Both the position numbers and the translations under genes were made by a program. Positions 26,818 to 37,274 of a stretch of 51,687 nt of DNA are shown here, one piece after another. Each line of letters begins with the position of its first letter. Within the stretch, counting starts at the first letter, position 1. The stretch is from Clostridia bacterium (GTDB taxonomy: Bacteria; Bacillota; Sulfobacillia; Symbiobacteriales; ZC4RG38), in the NCBI GenBank assembly GCA_036676195.1, contig JAKFDK010000062.1, positions 1-51,687 of the forward strand. The letters are read 5' to 3'. Below the pieces are notes generated by a model that did no database searches, had not been told where the DNA came from, and saw only the letters and a list, made by a program, of their open reading frames with translations.

Positions 26818-28815
26818 TTGGCATGGCTGCGTAAGCTCCAGAGCAATCTGGCGGCGGGATATGGGGTTCGCTTCGGCGAGGCGGCGGTAGTCAGCCGCCG
26901 GATTCATACCCTGGACCCCGCCGTACCGCAGATCATCGCCGTGCTCGGCCATGCCGATGCCGGCCGGGCCTTTTACGGGCGGGCGCTGGAAAACGAAGTG
27001 ATCCATGTGGACCTGTTCCATGCCGTGGGCGAAGCGGACCACCGTTGCATCGCCGCCAGTGTGCGGCGGGTGCTGGCGGCCTGCGGGCGGGGGGGGCTGG
27101 CCGATTTCTTTGATGTGCAGACCGGTACCGGCGGCGGCCGGATTACCGGCGATCTGATCTACGGGCAGCGCCCCTCCCTGCTGATCTCGCACCGCAATCA
27201 TATCCATATCGCCGGTCTGCTGGCCGATGCCGACCTGGACCTGCTGCTGCCGCTGGTGGCGGCGGTGGAGGAGGCCGTGGCCGCCCGGGGCCTGCAGATC
27301 CGCCGGATCGAGGGCCTGCGCCACCCGCCGCCTGACCCGCACGGGCAGATGCCGGACCTTTCCCACTACGCTGCCCACACCGACTCCTGGCTGCGCGGCA
27401 ACGGTGAAGGCGGCGCCCGCGCCGGTGGTGCCGAAACGGCACCCCGGGCCGGGGAGCCCGTGGGCAGCCTGACCTCGGGCAGTTCCGGGGCGAAGGCGAA
27501 GGCCGGCCACCCCGATCCGGCCGACCGCACCGACCCGGCCGGGACGGGGACCGCGCCGGGGGCGCCGCCACCCGGGCAGACGGTGGGCAGTCTGCGGAGC
27601 GGCGCCCTGTCGCAGCACCGGGTGTCGCCGGGCGCCGGCACCGATCCGGCACCGGCACCGGCACCGGCCGGTGTCGAGGTGCCGCCAGGTGGTCCGGGTA
27701 GCGGCGATCTGCTGGACGCCGAAGTTCAGTTGCAATCGGCCCTGGCCCTGGCCCGCCGGATTGGCAGCCCGGACGAACTCAAACGGATGCTGGACGCCGT
27801 CCGCAACGGCACGGCCACCGCCGGCGGCCTGCTGGGCGGCGGCGGTACCCAGGCCCCCTTCCTGCTGCGCGAACTGGAAGACCAGGGTCTGATTCGCCGC
27901 GACGGGCGGGGCGTGCGCCTGACCGAAACCGGGCGCCGCCTGGCCATCTTCTTCGACCAGCACCTGAAAGAGGTCAAACTTCGCTTCCGTAAGCTCATCC
28001 GGCGGGTGCCGCGCCGGGCCTTGCCGTCCCGGCCCATCGCCGGTGAACGGGCGAGCCCGGACGTACGCTACGGGCCGATCCGCGGGGTGGCGCCGGCACC
28101 GGCCGGGGGCTGGGTCGGTGACCTGGCAGTCCCGGAAACGGTGGTGGCGGGCATCCGGCGGGCCCACCTGGAGGGGGCCCAGGGCAGGCTGCCCGAGCAC
28201 CGGGAGCACGCCGGAGGCCGGCTGCGGCTGCAGCGTTCTGACCTGCACGTTCACCTGCGGGCCGGCCAGCGGCCGCTGTACATTTGCCTGCTCATCGATG
28301 CCAGCGCCTCCATGGCCGGGCGCCGGATCCTGGCCGCCAAACACCTGGCCCGGCACCTGCTGGTATCGACACGGGACCGCGTGGCCGTGCTGGGTTTCCA
28401 GGAGCGGGACGTGCGCGTTTATGTACCCTTTACCCGAGACTACGCCACGGTGGAGGAAGGCCTGGCCCGCATCCAGCCCATGGGGCTGACGCCGCTGGCC
28501 CACGGCCTGACCGCAAGCCTTGACCTGATTCGGGAGTCGCACATCCGCCGGCCGCTGCTCCTGCTCATCACCGACGGCATCCCGACGGTGCCGAAGTGGA
28601 CCATTGACCCGCTGGCCGATGCCATGGAGGCCGCCCGGCGGGTGGCGGGGAGCCAGGTGCCCTTCGGGTGCATCGGCCTGATGCCTTCCCGCCGTTACCT
28701 GGAGGACCTGGCCCGGGCCGCCGGCGGCACGCTGCACGTGGTAGAAGAACTGGACGAGGACGCTCTGGTCCAGATCGCCCACCGGGAGCGGTATCGGCAG
28801 CAGGGACGGCTGTAA
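26818..28815 (+). CDS. Multidomain partner protein: unknown His/Cys-containing N-terminal domain, Pro/Gly linker, winged-HTH, C-terminal von Willebrand A domain
   Basis: vWA MIDAS LIDASASMAG...ITDG at the C-terminus. wHTH FLLRELEDQGLIRRDGRGVRLTETGRRL in the middle. I could not assign residues 1-150. Confidence 0.75.
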   Translation: MAWLRKLQSNLAAGYGVRFGEAAVVSRRIHTLDPAVPQIIAVLGHADAGRAFYGRALENEVIHVDLFHAVGEADHRCIAASVRRVLAACGRGGLADFFDVQTGTGGGRITGDLIYGQRPSLLISHRNHIHIAGLLADADLDLLLPLVAAVEEAVAARGLQIRRIEGLRHPPPDPHGQMPDLSHYAAHTDSWLRGNGEGGARAGGAETAPRAGEPVGSLTSGSSGAKAKAGHPDPADRTDPAGTGTAPGAPPPGQTVGSLRSGALSQHRVSPGAGTDPAPAPAPAGVEVPPGGPGSGDLLDAEVQLQSALALARRIGSPDELKRMLDAVRNGTATAGGLLGGGGTQAPFLLRELEDQGLIRRDGRGVRLTETGRRLAIFFDQHLKEVKLRFRKLIRRVPRRALPSRPIAGERASPDVRYGPIRGVAPAPAGGWVGDLAVPETVVAGIRRAHLEGAQGRLPEHREHAGGRLRLQRSDLHVHLRAGQRPLYICLLIDASASMAGRRILAAKHLARHLLVSTRDRVAVLGFQERDVRVYVPFTRDYATVEEGLARIQPMGLTPLAHGLTASLDLIRESHIRRPLLLLITDGIPTVPKWTIDPLADAMEAARRVAGSQVPFGCIGLMPSRRYLEDLARAAGGTLHVVEELDEDALVQIAHRERYRQQGRL

Positions 28816-28946
28816 AGCTCGTCTGGCCGGCACAGTCACTTTTCCCGGCGGGTCCCGGACCCACCGTGGTGAACAGAAGGCAGGAGTGTCGGGGATTGAC
28901 TCCGAACTTGTGTCTGTTCTGCAGCCAACAATACGGGGGGAACGGA

Positions 28947-31556
28947 GTGGCGCGTACTTACAAGTTCCGGCGCTGGGCTGTGGCCGAAGCCGATCCGGCC
29001 GCCTGTCTGGATCTGGCCGGCCGCCTTGGTGTCACGCCGGTCACAGCCCAAATTCTGTACAACCGGGGTTTTACCACCCCTGAAGCTGCCCGCGCCTTTC
29101 TGCACTGTGACCAGGAAGGACTGCATGACCCCTTCCTGCTCCGGGACATGGACCGGGCGTCTGCACTGCTGCAGCGGCACGCCGCCGCCCGGGACCCGAT
29201 TCTGGTTTACGGCGATTACGATGTGGACGGGGTGACCGGCACCGCCATTCTGGTGCAGGCATTGCGCCACCTGGGGGCCCGGGTCGATTACTATATTCCG
29301 AACCGGTTTGCTGAGGGCTACGGCCTGAACGCCGCCGCTGTCCGGCAGGCGGCGGCCGACGGCTATGCCTGTATCCTCAGCGTGGACACAGGCATCAGCG
29401 CCCTGGCCGAGGCGGAACTGGCCCGCGAACTGGGCCTGACCATGGTGGTGACCGACCATCACGAGCCGGGACCGGAACTGCCGCGGGCCGATGCGGTCGT
29501 GAATCCGGGGCGGCGGGACTGCCCCTATCCCTTCAAGGGTCTGGCCGGCGCCGGGGTCGCCTTCAAACTGGTGCAGGCCCTGGCGGGCAACGACTCCGCA
29601 CTGCTGGAGGAATTGCTCGACATTGTGGCCGTGGCCACCCTGGCCGATATGGTGCCGCTGGTGGGGGAGAACCGCTGGCTGGTCCGGGCGGGCCTGCAGC
29701 GGCTGGCCGTTACCCGCCGCCCCGGCCTGGCGGCCCTGAAACAGGTGGCTGGCATTGAACCTGGCCGCACCATGACGGCCGGCCATGTCGGTTTTGCCCT
29801 GGGGCCGCGCCTGAACGCCCTCGGGCGCATGGGCGATGCCCGGGCCGGCGTGGAGTTGTTGCTCACCCCCGATCCGGACCGGGCCCTGGCCATTGCCCAG
29901 CACCTGGATGCCGAAAACCGCAACCGCCAGGAGGTGGAGGCGGCCGTCCTGACCGAGGCTTCGGCCCAGTGGGAATCCCAGCCGCCGGCGGAAAAGGAGT
30001 TCTGTACCGTGCTGGCCGGCTCTGGCTGGCACCACGGGGTGGTTGGCATTTGCGCCTCCCGAGTGGTGGAGCGGCACTATCGCCCGGCTGTCTTGCTGGC
30101 CATTGAGGGCGACGAGGCCCGCGGCTCAGCCCGCAGCATCCCCGGCTTTCACCTGTACCAGGCCCTGGCCCAGTGCCAGGACCTGCTGATTAAATTTGGC
30201 GGACACGCCATGGCGGCCGGCATGACCCTGCGCACCGCCGATATCCCGGCCCTGCGGGCCCGGCTGAACCGGCTGGCCCGGGAATGGCTGGCCGACGACG
30301 ACCTGGTCCCGCGCCTGACGGTGGACGCTTACGTGCAGCCGGAGCAGGTCACCCCGGACCTGGTGGCCGAGCTGGCCCGGTTGGAGCCTTACGGCATCGG
30401 CAATCCGGCGCCGCTGCTGGCCTGCAGCGATCTGGCCCTGGTGGAAAGCCGCCCGGTGGGCAAGGAAGGTCAGCACCTGAAGGCCCGGCTCGCCGCCACG
30501 GACGGGCAGATGTATGATGCCATCGGCTGGGGCTTGGCGGCGGCGGCCGTGCCCGGTGATGCCCCCGGCACCGGCCCTGCCGACGCCCCCCCGGCGGTGG
30601 GCAGCCGGGTACAGGTGGCTTTTGTACCGGAAATGAACGAATGGAACGGCCGTTCCCGGCTGCAACTGGTCCTCAGCGACCTCCGGCCCGCCGCCACCGC
30701 TACCGACATCTCGGCGGCAGATATGGCGCAGGCCCTGCAGGTCTGGGATCCGCTGGCCGGGCTGGAGGGAGAGGAGGCCACGCCCGTTCCGGCTCCCTGG
30801 CCCGCCCTCGCCCTGCCGGCTCCCCGGCCGGAGGGTGACCCGCCCACCCGGCTGAGCGGCGTGGCGGCCCTGGCAGCCCGGGGGCCGGTGCTGGTGCTGG
30901 TTAACAGCCCCTGGGCCCTGGCGCCGCTGGCCCGCAGCCTGCAGGCCGTTCTCCGTCCGCAGGGGGGGGCCGTGCGCCTGTGGCTGCCCGGGCACCCGTG
31001 CCCGGCACCGGCGCCGGGACAGCCCGAGGTGGTGCTGGCAGCTTGGGGGACACTGCCGGTGGCTGCCGGCGACCGGCGCTTTCACACAGCGGTGGCCTGG
31101 CACCCGCCGTTTCTGCTGACCCAGGCGGCGGCGGCGACCGCCCTGGCCGGCGGCGTGGCTGCCGCCTGGCAGCCGCACGACCTGGAACTGGCCGGGGTGC
31201 TGCTGGGCTGGCCGTACCCCGGCCGGACGGAACTGGTGCACCTGTACCGGATGCTGCGGCAACAGGTGCAGCCGGTCAGTAGCGCCGACCTGGCCGCCCG
31301 ACTGGTGGGCAGCGGCCAGGAGCCCATGGGTCCGTGGAACCTGCTGCGGGTACGGGCCGGTGCCGCCATTCTGGAGGAATTACGTCTGCTCACCGGTGTG
31401 GCAGCCGATCGGCTGCAGATTGTACCCGCACCAGGTGGGCAGCATGGTAAAATGAAACTTGAAGACAGCCCTCGTCATTGGCGCGGGCTCGTGGGCCGTA
31501 ACGCACTCAGGCGCTGCCTGACCTGGGGCGGCACCTGTGCCACGCCGGAACCATAG
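28947..31556 (+). CDS. recJ: Single-stranded-DNA exonuclease RecJ with a ~300-aa C-terminal extension
   Basis: DHH motifs (YGDYDVDG, DHHEP) and a DHHA1 region. GTG start at 28947 after a GGGGGGA RBS; the track ORF starts upstream at 28668, inside the previous gene. Confidence 0.85.
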   Translation: MARTYKFRRWAVAEADPAACLDLAGRLGVTPVTAQILYNRGFTTPEAARAFLHCDQEGLHDPFLLRDMDRASALLQRHAAARDPILVYGDYDVDGVTGTAILVQALRHLGARVDYYIPNRFAEGYGLNAAAVRQAAADGYACILSVDTGISALAEAELARELGLTMVVTDHHEPGPELPRADAVVNPGRRDCPYPFKGLAGAGVAFKLVQALAGNDSALLEELLDIVAVATLADMVPLVGENRWLVRAGLQRLAVTRRPGLAALKQVAGIEPGRTMTAGHVGFALGPRLNALGRMGDARAGVELLLTPDPDRALAIAQHLDAENRNRQEVEAAVLTEASAQWESQPPAEKEFCTVLAGSGWHHGVVGICASRVVERHYRPAVLLAIEGDEARGSARSIPGFHLYQALAQCQDLLIKFGGHAMAAGMTLRTADIPALRARLNRLAREWLADDDLVPRLTVDAYVQPEQVTPDLVAELARLEPYGIGNPAPLLACSDLALVESRPVGKEGQHLKARLAATDGQMYDAIGWGLAAAAVPGDAPGTGPADAPPAVGSRVQVAFVPEMNEWNGRSRLQLVLSDLRPAATATDISAADMAQALQVWDPLAGLEGEEATPVPAPWPALALPAPRPEGDPPTRLSGVAALAARGPVLVLVNSPWALAPLARSLQAVLRPQGGAVRLWLPGHPCPAPAPGQPEVVLAAWGTLPVAAGDRRFHTAVAWHPPFLLTQAAAATALAGGVAAAWQPHDLELAGVLLGWPYPGRTELVHLYRMLRQQVQPVSSADLAARLVGSGQEPMGPWNLLRVRAGAAILEELRLLTGVAADRLQIVPAPGGQHGKMKLEDSPRHWRGLVGRNALRRCLTWGGTCATPEP

Positions 31557-31584
31557 GCTGACCCTGAGGAGGATCTGGACCGAC

Positions 31585-32097
31585 ATGGATCTCAAGCGTT
31601 ACATCCGGACCGTGCCGGACTTTCCGAAGCCGGGGATTTCCTTCAAGGACATCACCACCCTCCTGTCCGAGCCGGAGGCGTACCGCGCCGCCATCGATCA
31701 ACTGGCGGCTCCCTTTCAGGACCTGGGGGTAGAGGCGGTCACGGGGCCCGAGTCCCGGGGCTTTATCTTCGCCTCGGCCCTGGCCTACAAATTGCATGCA
31801 GGGCTGGTGCCGGTGCGCAAACCCGGCAAGCTGCCCTGGCAGACCCGTAGGGTCAGCTATGCGCTGGAGTATGGCGAGGATGCCCTGGAGGCCCATGCCG
31901 ATGCATTCCGGCCCGGCCAGAAGGTGTTGGTGGTCGATGACCTGCTGGCCACCGGCGGTACGATTAATGCCGTGATCGAGCTGGTTGAAGGGCTGGGGGC
32001 GGAAGTGGTCGGCGTTGGCTTTATGATTGAACTGACCTTTCTCAACGGGCGCGACCGGCTCAAGGGCCGTAACGTGCATAGTCTGATCCAATACTAG
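31585..32097 (+). CDS. apt: Adenine phosphoribosyltransferase
   Basis: PRPP-binding motif VLVVDDLLATGGT. Conserved position between recJ and relA. Confidence 0.9.
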   Translation: MDLKRYIRTVPDFPKPGISFKDITTLLSEPEAYRAAIDQLAAPFQDLGVEAVTGPESRGFIFASALAYKLHAGLVPVRKPGKLPWQTRRVSYALEYGEDALEAHADAFRPGQKVLVVDDLLATGGTINAVIELVEGLGAEVVGVGFMIELTFLNGRDRLKGRNVHSLIQY

Positions 32098-32136
32098 ACC
32101 CGAGCGCCCGGTCCCGCAGTAAACCTACAGCGGAAA

Positions 32137-32171
32137 CATGGCAAGCGGCAGGGAAACTGCCGCTTGCCATG
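32137..32171 (+). terminator. Perfect 15-bp hairpin between apt and relA (terminator or attenuator)
   Basis: CATGGCAAGCGGCAG-GGAAA-CTGCCGCTTGCCATG, followed by a U-rich stretch TAATCTTCATTCTT. Confidence 0.45.
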
Positions 32172-32254
32172 GTAATCTTCATTCTTAAACCATGCGGGGC
32201 ACAGAGCACACGGCTTCGCTGTTTGCCAACAAACTTGGACAGGAGGTGTACGCG

Positions 32255-34456
32255 GTGGATTTGGCGGACCTGAAACAGAAAATCCTGACCCACCATCCCA
32301 ACGCCGATCTGCAGTTGATCGAGGCCGCGTACGCCTTTGCCGACAAGGCCCACGCCAATCAGGTGCGCAAGACCGGTGAGCCGTATATCCAGCACCCTTT
32401 GGAAGTTGCCGGGATCCTGGCTGACCTGCAGTTGGACACCGCCACGGTAGTGGCTGCCCTTTTGCACGATGTCGTGGAGGACACCGAGGCCAGCCAGGAG
32501 GAGATGGAGAGCCGCTTCGGCCACGAGGTGGCGAATCTGGTCGACGGCGTCACCAAGCTGGAAAAGCTGGACTTCACCTCACGGGAAGAGGCGCAGTCGG
32601 AGAACCTGCGCAAGATGTTGCTGGCGATGGCCCGAGATCTCCGGGTGATTCTGATCAAGCTGGCCGACCGCCTGCACAACATGCGTACGGCCTGGGCCTG
32701 GACGGAAGCCAAGCGCAAACGCAAGGCGCAGGAAACCCTGGAGATTTATGCCCCGCTGGCGCACCGCCTCGGTATGGCCAACCTGAAGTGGGAACTGGAG
32801 GACCTGGCCTTCCGTTATCTGGAGCCGGAACAGTACCGCGAGGTCTCGCAGAAGGTGGCGGGCAAGCGAACCGAGCGCGAGGAACTGGTGCAGCAGCTCA
32901 TGGCCGAGCTGAAGACCAAGCTGTCCGAGGTCGGGGTGACCGCCGATATTTCCGGCCGGGCCAAACACTTTTACTCCATTTACAAGAAGATGTATCGACA
33001 GGGCAAGGATGTCCACGAACTGTACGACCTGATTGCTATTCGGGTGATAGTCGACGAGATCAAGGACTGCTACGGCGTCCTCGGCCTCATCCATTCTTCC
33101 TGGCGGCCGCTGCCGGGGCGGTTCAAGGATTATATCGCCACACCCAAGCCTAACCTGTACCAGTCCCTGCATACCACCGTGATCGGCCCCCACGGGGAGC
33201 CTTTTGAAATTCAGATTCGCACCTGGGAAATGCACCGCACGGCCGACTACGGTGTGGCGGCGCACTGGAGCTATAAAGAAGGCCGCACTGACGACGACTT
33301 CGACAAGAAGCTGACGTGGCTGCGCTCCATGCTGGAATGGCATACGGAGATGCGGGAAGCCCACGAGTTTGTCGAGGCCGTTAAGGTCGATATCTTTGCC
33401 GACCAGACCCTGGTGTTCACCCCCAAGGGCCGGGTGGTGGACTTGCCTGCCGGGGCCACGCCGATTGACTTTGCCTACGCCATCCATACCGACATTGGCC
33501 ACCGTTGCGTGGGCGCCAAGGTCAACGGCAAGATTGTCCCCCTGGACAGCACCCTCAAGTCCGGCGACATCGTCGAGGTGTTGACCTCGAAGAGTTCGCC
33601 GGGCCCCAGCACTGACTGGCTGAAGATCGCCCAGTCGTCCGGGGCCAAAAACAAGATCCGCCAGTTCTTCAAGCGGGAGCGGCGGGAAGAAAACCTGCAG
33701 CGCGGCCGGGAGGCGCTGGAACGGGAGTGCAAGCGCCTCGGGCACGAACCGCACGTACTGCTGCGGCCGGAATGGCTGGAGGAAATCCGTAAAAAGGCGA
33801 ACCTGGTTTCCGATGATGATCTGTACGTCAGTATTGGCATTGGCACCCTCAGCTCCCAGTCGATTGTGCAGCGGCTGCACGACCAGTTCGAACGGGAGCA
33901 GGCCAAAGTCAAAGCGGAGACGGCGCCGGAGCAGCCAGTGGTCGAGCGCAAGGAATGGGGCGGCTACCATAAGGCGAGCCTGGGCATCCGGGTCAAGGGC
34001 ATTGAAGGGGTCCTGGTCCGCTTCAGCCGTTGCTGCTCGCCGGTGCCCGGTGACCCGATCATTGGCTATGTCAGTCGCGGCCGGGGCGTGGCGGTGCACC
34101 GCCTGAATTGCCCGAACATGCCCCAGTTCGTGAAAGAGCAGGACCGCCTGATTGAAGTCGTCTGGGAAGAAGACTATCAGTCATCCCACCCGGTCGAAGT
34201 AAAGTTGGTGGCCGTCGACCGGGCCGGTCTGTTGGCCGATGTGGCCGGAGTGGTGGCAGACAGCCGCATCAATATGATCCAGACCGTCTCCCGCGGCCTG
34301 CGCAGCGGTATGGCCTCCATTGATATGACCATGGAGGTGCGTGACCTGACGCAACTGGAGTTTGTGCTGCAGAAGCTGCGGCGGGTGCGCGACGTGCTGT
34401 CGGTGGAGCGGGTTGTGCGTGAGGTCGGCAAGGCCAGGGGAGGCGTGGGTTCGTAG
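32255..34456 (+). CDS. relA: Bifunctional (p)ppGpp synthetase/hydrolase Rel
   Basis: HD hydrolase domain, synthetase domain, then TGS and ACT regions. GTG 32255 after AGGAGG (32241-46) is preferred over the track start at 32192. Confidence 0.9.
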   Translation: MDLADLKQKILTHHPNADLQLIEAAYAFADKAHANQVRKTGEPYIQHPLEVAGILADLQLDTATVVAALLHDVVEDTEASQEEMESRFGHEVANLVDGVTKLEKLDFTSREEAQSENLRKMLLAMARDLRVILIKLADRLHNMRTAWAWTEAKRKRKAQETLEIYAPLAHRLGMANLKWELEDLAFRYLEPEQYREVSQKVAGKRTEREELVQQLMAELKTKLSEVGVTADISGRAKHFYSIYKKMYRQGKDVHELYDLIAIRVIVDEIKDCYGVLGLIHSSWRPLPGRFKDYIATPKPNLYQSLHTTVIGPHGEPFEIQIRTWEMHRTADYGVAAHWSYKEGRTDDDFDKKLTWLRSMLEWHTEMREAHEFVEAVKVDIFADQTLVFTPKGRVVDLPAGATPIDFAYAIHTDIGHRCVGAKVNGKIVPLDSTLKSGDIVEVLTSKSSPGPSTDWLKIAQSSGAKNKIRQFFKRERREENLQRGREALERECKRLGHEPHVLLRPEWLEEIRKKANLVSDDDLYVSIGIGTLSSQSIVQRLHDQFEREQAKVKAETAPEQPVVERKEWGGYHKASLGIRVKGIEGVLVRFSRCCSPVPGDPIIGYVSRGRGVAVHRLNCPNMPQFVKEQDRLIEVVWEEDYQSSHPVEVKLVAVDRAGLLADVAGVVADSRINMIQTVSRGLRSGMASIDMTMEVRDLTQLEFVLQKLRRVRDVLSVERVVREVGKARGGVGS

Positions 34457-34905
34457 TGCGTGCAGTTGTGCAGCGGGTATCCCGGGCACGGGTGACGGTG
34501 GCAGGAGAGGAAACCGGTGCCATTGGCACCGGTTTGTTGGTGCTGTTGGGGGTTAAAACCGGGGACACAGCGGCGGACGTCCGCTACCTGGCCGAGAAGG
34601 TGGCCTACCTGCGGGTGTTCGCCGATGACCAGGGGAAGATGAACCGCGCCGTGGGCGAGGTCGGCGGCGCCGTGCTGGTGGTAAGCCAGTTTACCCTGTA
34701 CGGTGATATCCGCCGGGGCCGGCGCCCCGACTATTTTCAGGCCGCCCGGCCGGATGAGGCCAACCGGCTGTACGAACAGTTCTGCGCCGACCTGCGGCAA
34801 CTGGGCCTGCCGGTGGCCACCGGCCGCTTCCAGGCCCACATGGACGTGGAACTGTGCAACGACGGGCCGGTGACGATTCTGGTGGATAGCGAGAAGCAGT
34901 TTTAG
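34456..34905 (+). CDS. dtd: D-aminoacyl-tRNA deacylase
   Basis: Canonical Dtd sequence ([14 protein letters not shown]). Its GTG start overlaps the relA stop (TAGTG). Confidence 0.9.
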   Translation: MRAVVQRVSRARVTVAGEETGAIGTGLLVLLGVKTGDTAADVRYLAEKVAYLRVFADDQGKMNRAVGEVGGAVLVVSQFTLYGDIRRGRRPDYFQAARPDEANRLYEQFCADLRQLGLPVATGRFQAHMDVELCNDGPVTILVDSEKQF

Positions 34906-34934
34906 CTAAGCCTTTGAAAGGCGCCAAAAAGCTT

Positions 34935-34992
34935 ACACCTCCGTTTAGTTCTCCCTGCATGATGCCTGGAGATGTTAACGGAGGTGTTTTCC
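34935..34992 (+). terminator. Terminator after dtd
   Basis: 11-bp stem ACACCTCCGTT/AACGGAGGTGT around a structured loop, followed by TTTTCC. Confidence 0.4.
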
Positions 34993-35525
34993 TGATGTTT
35001 AGCACAGAGCGTAGTTTTGACCAGTAAGGTGGCCGTTTGCCAGGGCTGGACCTACAGCCCCGCCCTGATCTTCGTGGACGACGGCTATTAGACCAGGTAG
35101 ATGCCTGGAGTCAACTGACCCGGGAGGAACTAAAACGACTCAGACTAACCAAAACCTGATTCACATTCGCTGGTATCCCAGGACAGACATATTCTGCGAG
35201 GACCTATTGCCGCTGATTGATGGGGTGCGCAGTGTAGGTGCACGAAAGTTGGCAAAGAGCCACATTTAGTTTATCAAACACATCATCTGTATGCTGGATG
35301 AGGCGCTGGTCGAGATACTCTACATTCGCCACGCCCGTCAGAAAGCGATAGAACGACCTTGGTTTGGCCCTGGTATGACCAGGGCATTTCCCTTTGCAGC
35401 GAGTCTCAGCGGACGATCTTGGATATTGTGTGATGATTCCTTGGCGCACGAAGACTTATCGGAGGGCCAACAGCCCGCTTGTAACCGGCAGGCTCCGCAG
35501 AACAGTTGCCAGCCAGTATGATAAG

Positions 35526-35813
35526 ATGGAGGCAATGAAGTCAAGGCGGAAAGGGGGAGTTGGTGTGAACGCCGAGGAACGGGACATACTGCGTGCGTTG
35601 TACGATGGGCAACGAGTCGCTGAAGCCGAGCGGAAGTCGGATCGAGCCCTGCTGGAGGCGATTATGGCCAAGCTTGACGGACTGATGGCGGATGTTGGGG
35701 CGATGAAGGAGGAGATTGGGGAACTGAACGCACGAGATCGCTACTTCATCCATAAGTTGGGCGAACACGAGGCAGAAATCTCGGTTGTGAAGCACCGACT
35801 CCAAGCAAAGTAG
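35526..35813 (+). CDS. Small coiled-coil protein in the low-GC segment
   Basis: GTG at 35565 after an AAGGGGGAG RBS is the more likely start. Charged helical sequence. No family assigned. Confidence 0.3.
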   Translation: MEAMKSRRKGGVGVNAEERDILRALYDGQRVAEAERKSDRALLEAIMAKLDGLMADVGAMKEEIGELNARDRYFIHKLGEHEAEISVVKHRLQAK

Positions 35814-36084
35814 CTCAAGCCCTGATAAAGGGCAGCGCCTCCGGTTGGCTCTCTGCGTGCCAGGCACCAGAGAGTTCCGCGGAGGTGTTTTTTCGCGCCT
35901 GTGCAGAGCGGCTGGCCCGACCAGGGAGGGTGGCACGGTTCCTTTTCGTTTGACAATCGTTAGATGACGGCACTACCATAGATTTAGATGGCGAACTAAT
36001 CTGCCGCGAACTGGAACTTTCGTTCTTGCCCAGACAACTGTCGGGTATTCGCGTCATCTGTGTTACAATTGTGCTGTAGGAACA

Positions 36085-36732
36085 GTGAATGAGGTGACGT
36101 CCTTGTTGCTCTGGTCCCGGGCCCTCGGGTCCTTTGCCACCAACTGCCTGATCATCGCCTGTCCCGAGACACGCAAGGCGGCCATTGTCGATCCCGGCCA
36201 GGCGGACCCCTGGATCAAGCGTACCGTGGCGGAACATCAGCTCCAGGTGCAGCACGTGCTGCTGACCCACGCCCATGTCGACCACATAGGCGGCGTGGAC
36301 TGGGTGCGGGAATGGTCCGGTGCGCCGCTGGCGGTGCATGCCGACGATGTACCCCTGGCCGAGAACCCGCAACTGAACGGTTCAGCCATGTTTGGGCCGC
36401 CGGTGCACCTGCGCACACCGGACCGGCTGCTGCGGGACGGCGACACCATCAGCATCGGCGAGTTGACGCTGCAAGTCATTCACACCCCCGGCCATACCCC
36501 GGGCGGCGTGTGTTATTATCTCCCCGGCCACCTGCTGGCCGGCGACACCCTGTTTGCCGGGTCTGTCGGGCGGACCGATCTGGCGGGCGGCAGCATGACG
36601 GCTCTGGTAGAGTCGATCCGCGGCAAGCTGTTCGTGCTGCCGGAAGACACGGTTGTCTATCCCGGCCACGGCCCGAACACCAGCATCGGGGACGAACGGG
36701 CCTATAATCCGTTTGTAGGCGGTCAGGCCTGA
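36085..36732 (+). CDS. Metallo-beta-lactamase-fold hydrolase (glyoxalase II-like)
   Basis: Metal-binding motif HAHVDHIGG, followed by D and H residues. Confidence 0.8.
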   Translation: MNEVTSLLLWSRALGSFATNCLIIACPETRKAAIVDPGQADPWIKRTVAEHQLQVQHVLLTHAHVDHIGGVDWVREWSGAPLAVHADDVPLAENPQLNGSAMFGPPVHLRTPDRLLRDGDTISIGELTLQVIHTPGHTPGGVCYYLPGHLLAGDTLFAGSVGRTDLAGGSMTALVESIRGKLFVLPEDTVVYPGHGPNTSIGDERAYNPFVGGQA

Positions 36733-36805
36733 CGCCGACCGCCGCTCCGGAACAGCCGCTGCATGACTGCCCGCCGGGACCCCGACCAGAACGGAGGATG
36801 CGGCC

Positions 36806-37231
36806 GTGGATACTGAACTGAAGGTCCAGCAACGGGAGCAACTGGAGCAACTGGAGGTAGCCATCGCCCGTCTGAACCGGAGTCTGGCGGCCCGGGGCGG
36901 CGGTGAAGGGGGGTTGTCCCCCAGCCAGCGGATTGTGCTGCGGGCGCTGGAAGGTGGCCCGCTGCAGATTTCCGAAGTGGCAGGAACCCTGAGCGTGACC
37001 CTGAGTGCGGCCACCGGCCTGGTGGACCGGATGGTCAGGACGCAACTGGTCACCCGGGAACGCGACAATGCCGACCGCCGGGTGGTGTGGGTACGGGTTA
37101 CCGATGCCGGGCGGCGGGCGCTGGCCGATGCGGAACGGGTACGCCGCGATTTTCTGGCCGAGGCGGTGCAGTCGCTCAGTGAGGGCGAACTGCAACAACT
37201 GGTGGGACTGCTGGGCAAACTGTCAACTTAG
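36806..37231 (+). CDS. MarR-family transcriptional regulator
   Basis: 141 aa with a wHTH (LSPSQRIVLRALEGGPLQISEVAGTLSV...LVTRERDNADRRVVWVRVTDAGR). Confidence 0.8.
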   Translation: MDTELKVQQREQLEQLEVAIARLNRSLAARGGGEGGLSPSQRIVLRALEGGPLQISEVAGTLSVTLSAATGLVDRMVRTQLVTRERDNADRRVVWVRVTDAGRRALADAERVRRDFLAEAVQSLSEGELQQLVGLLGKLST

Positions 37232-37251
37232 GTGCAGCAAGCAGACAAGAA

Positions 37252-37274
37252 GGGCGCCACCGGCGCCCTCATTT
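37252..37274 (+). terminator. Short GC hairpin plus T-tract after marR
   Basis: GGGCGCC-ACC-GGCGCCC followed by TCATTT. Confidence 0.35.

Noticed and set aside
26671-28839. 722-aa minus-strand ORF
   Set aside because: It is antisense to the vWA/wHTH gene and is a GC-driven open frame with Arg/Pro/Gly-rich composition.
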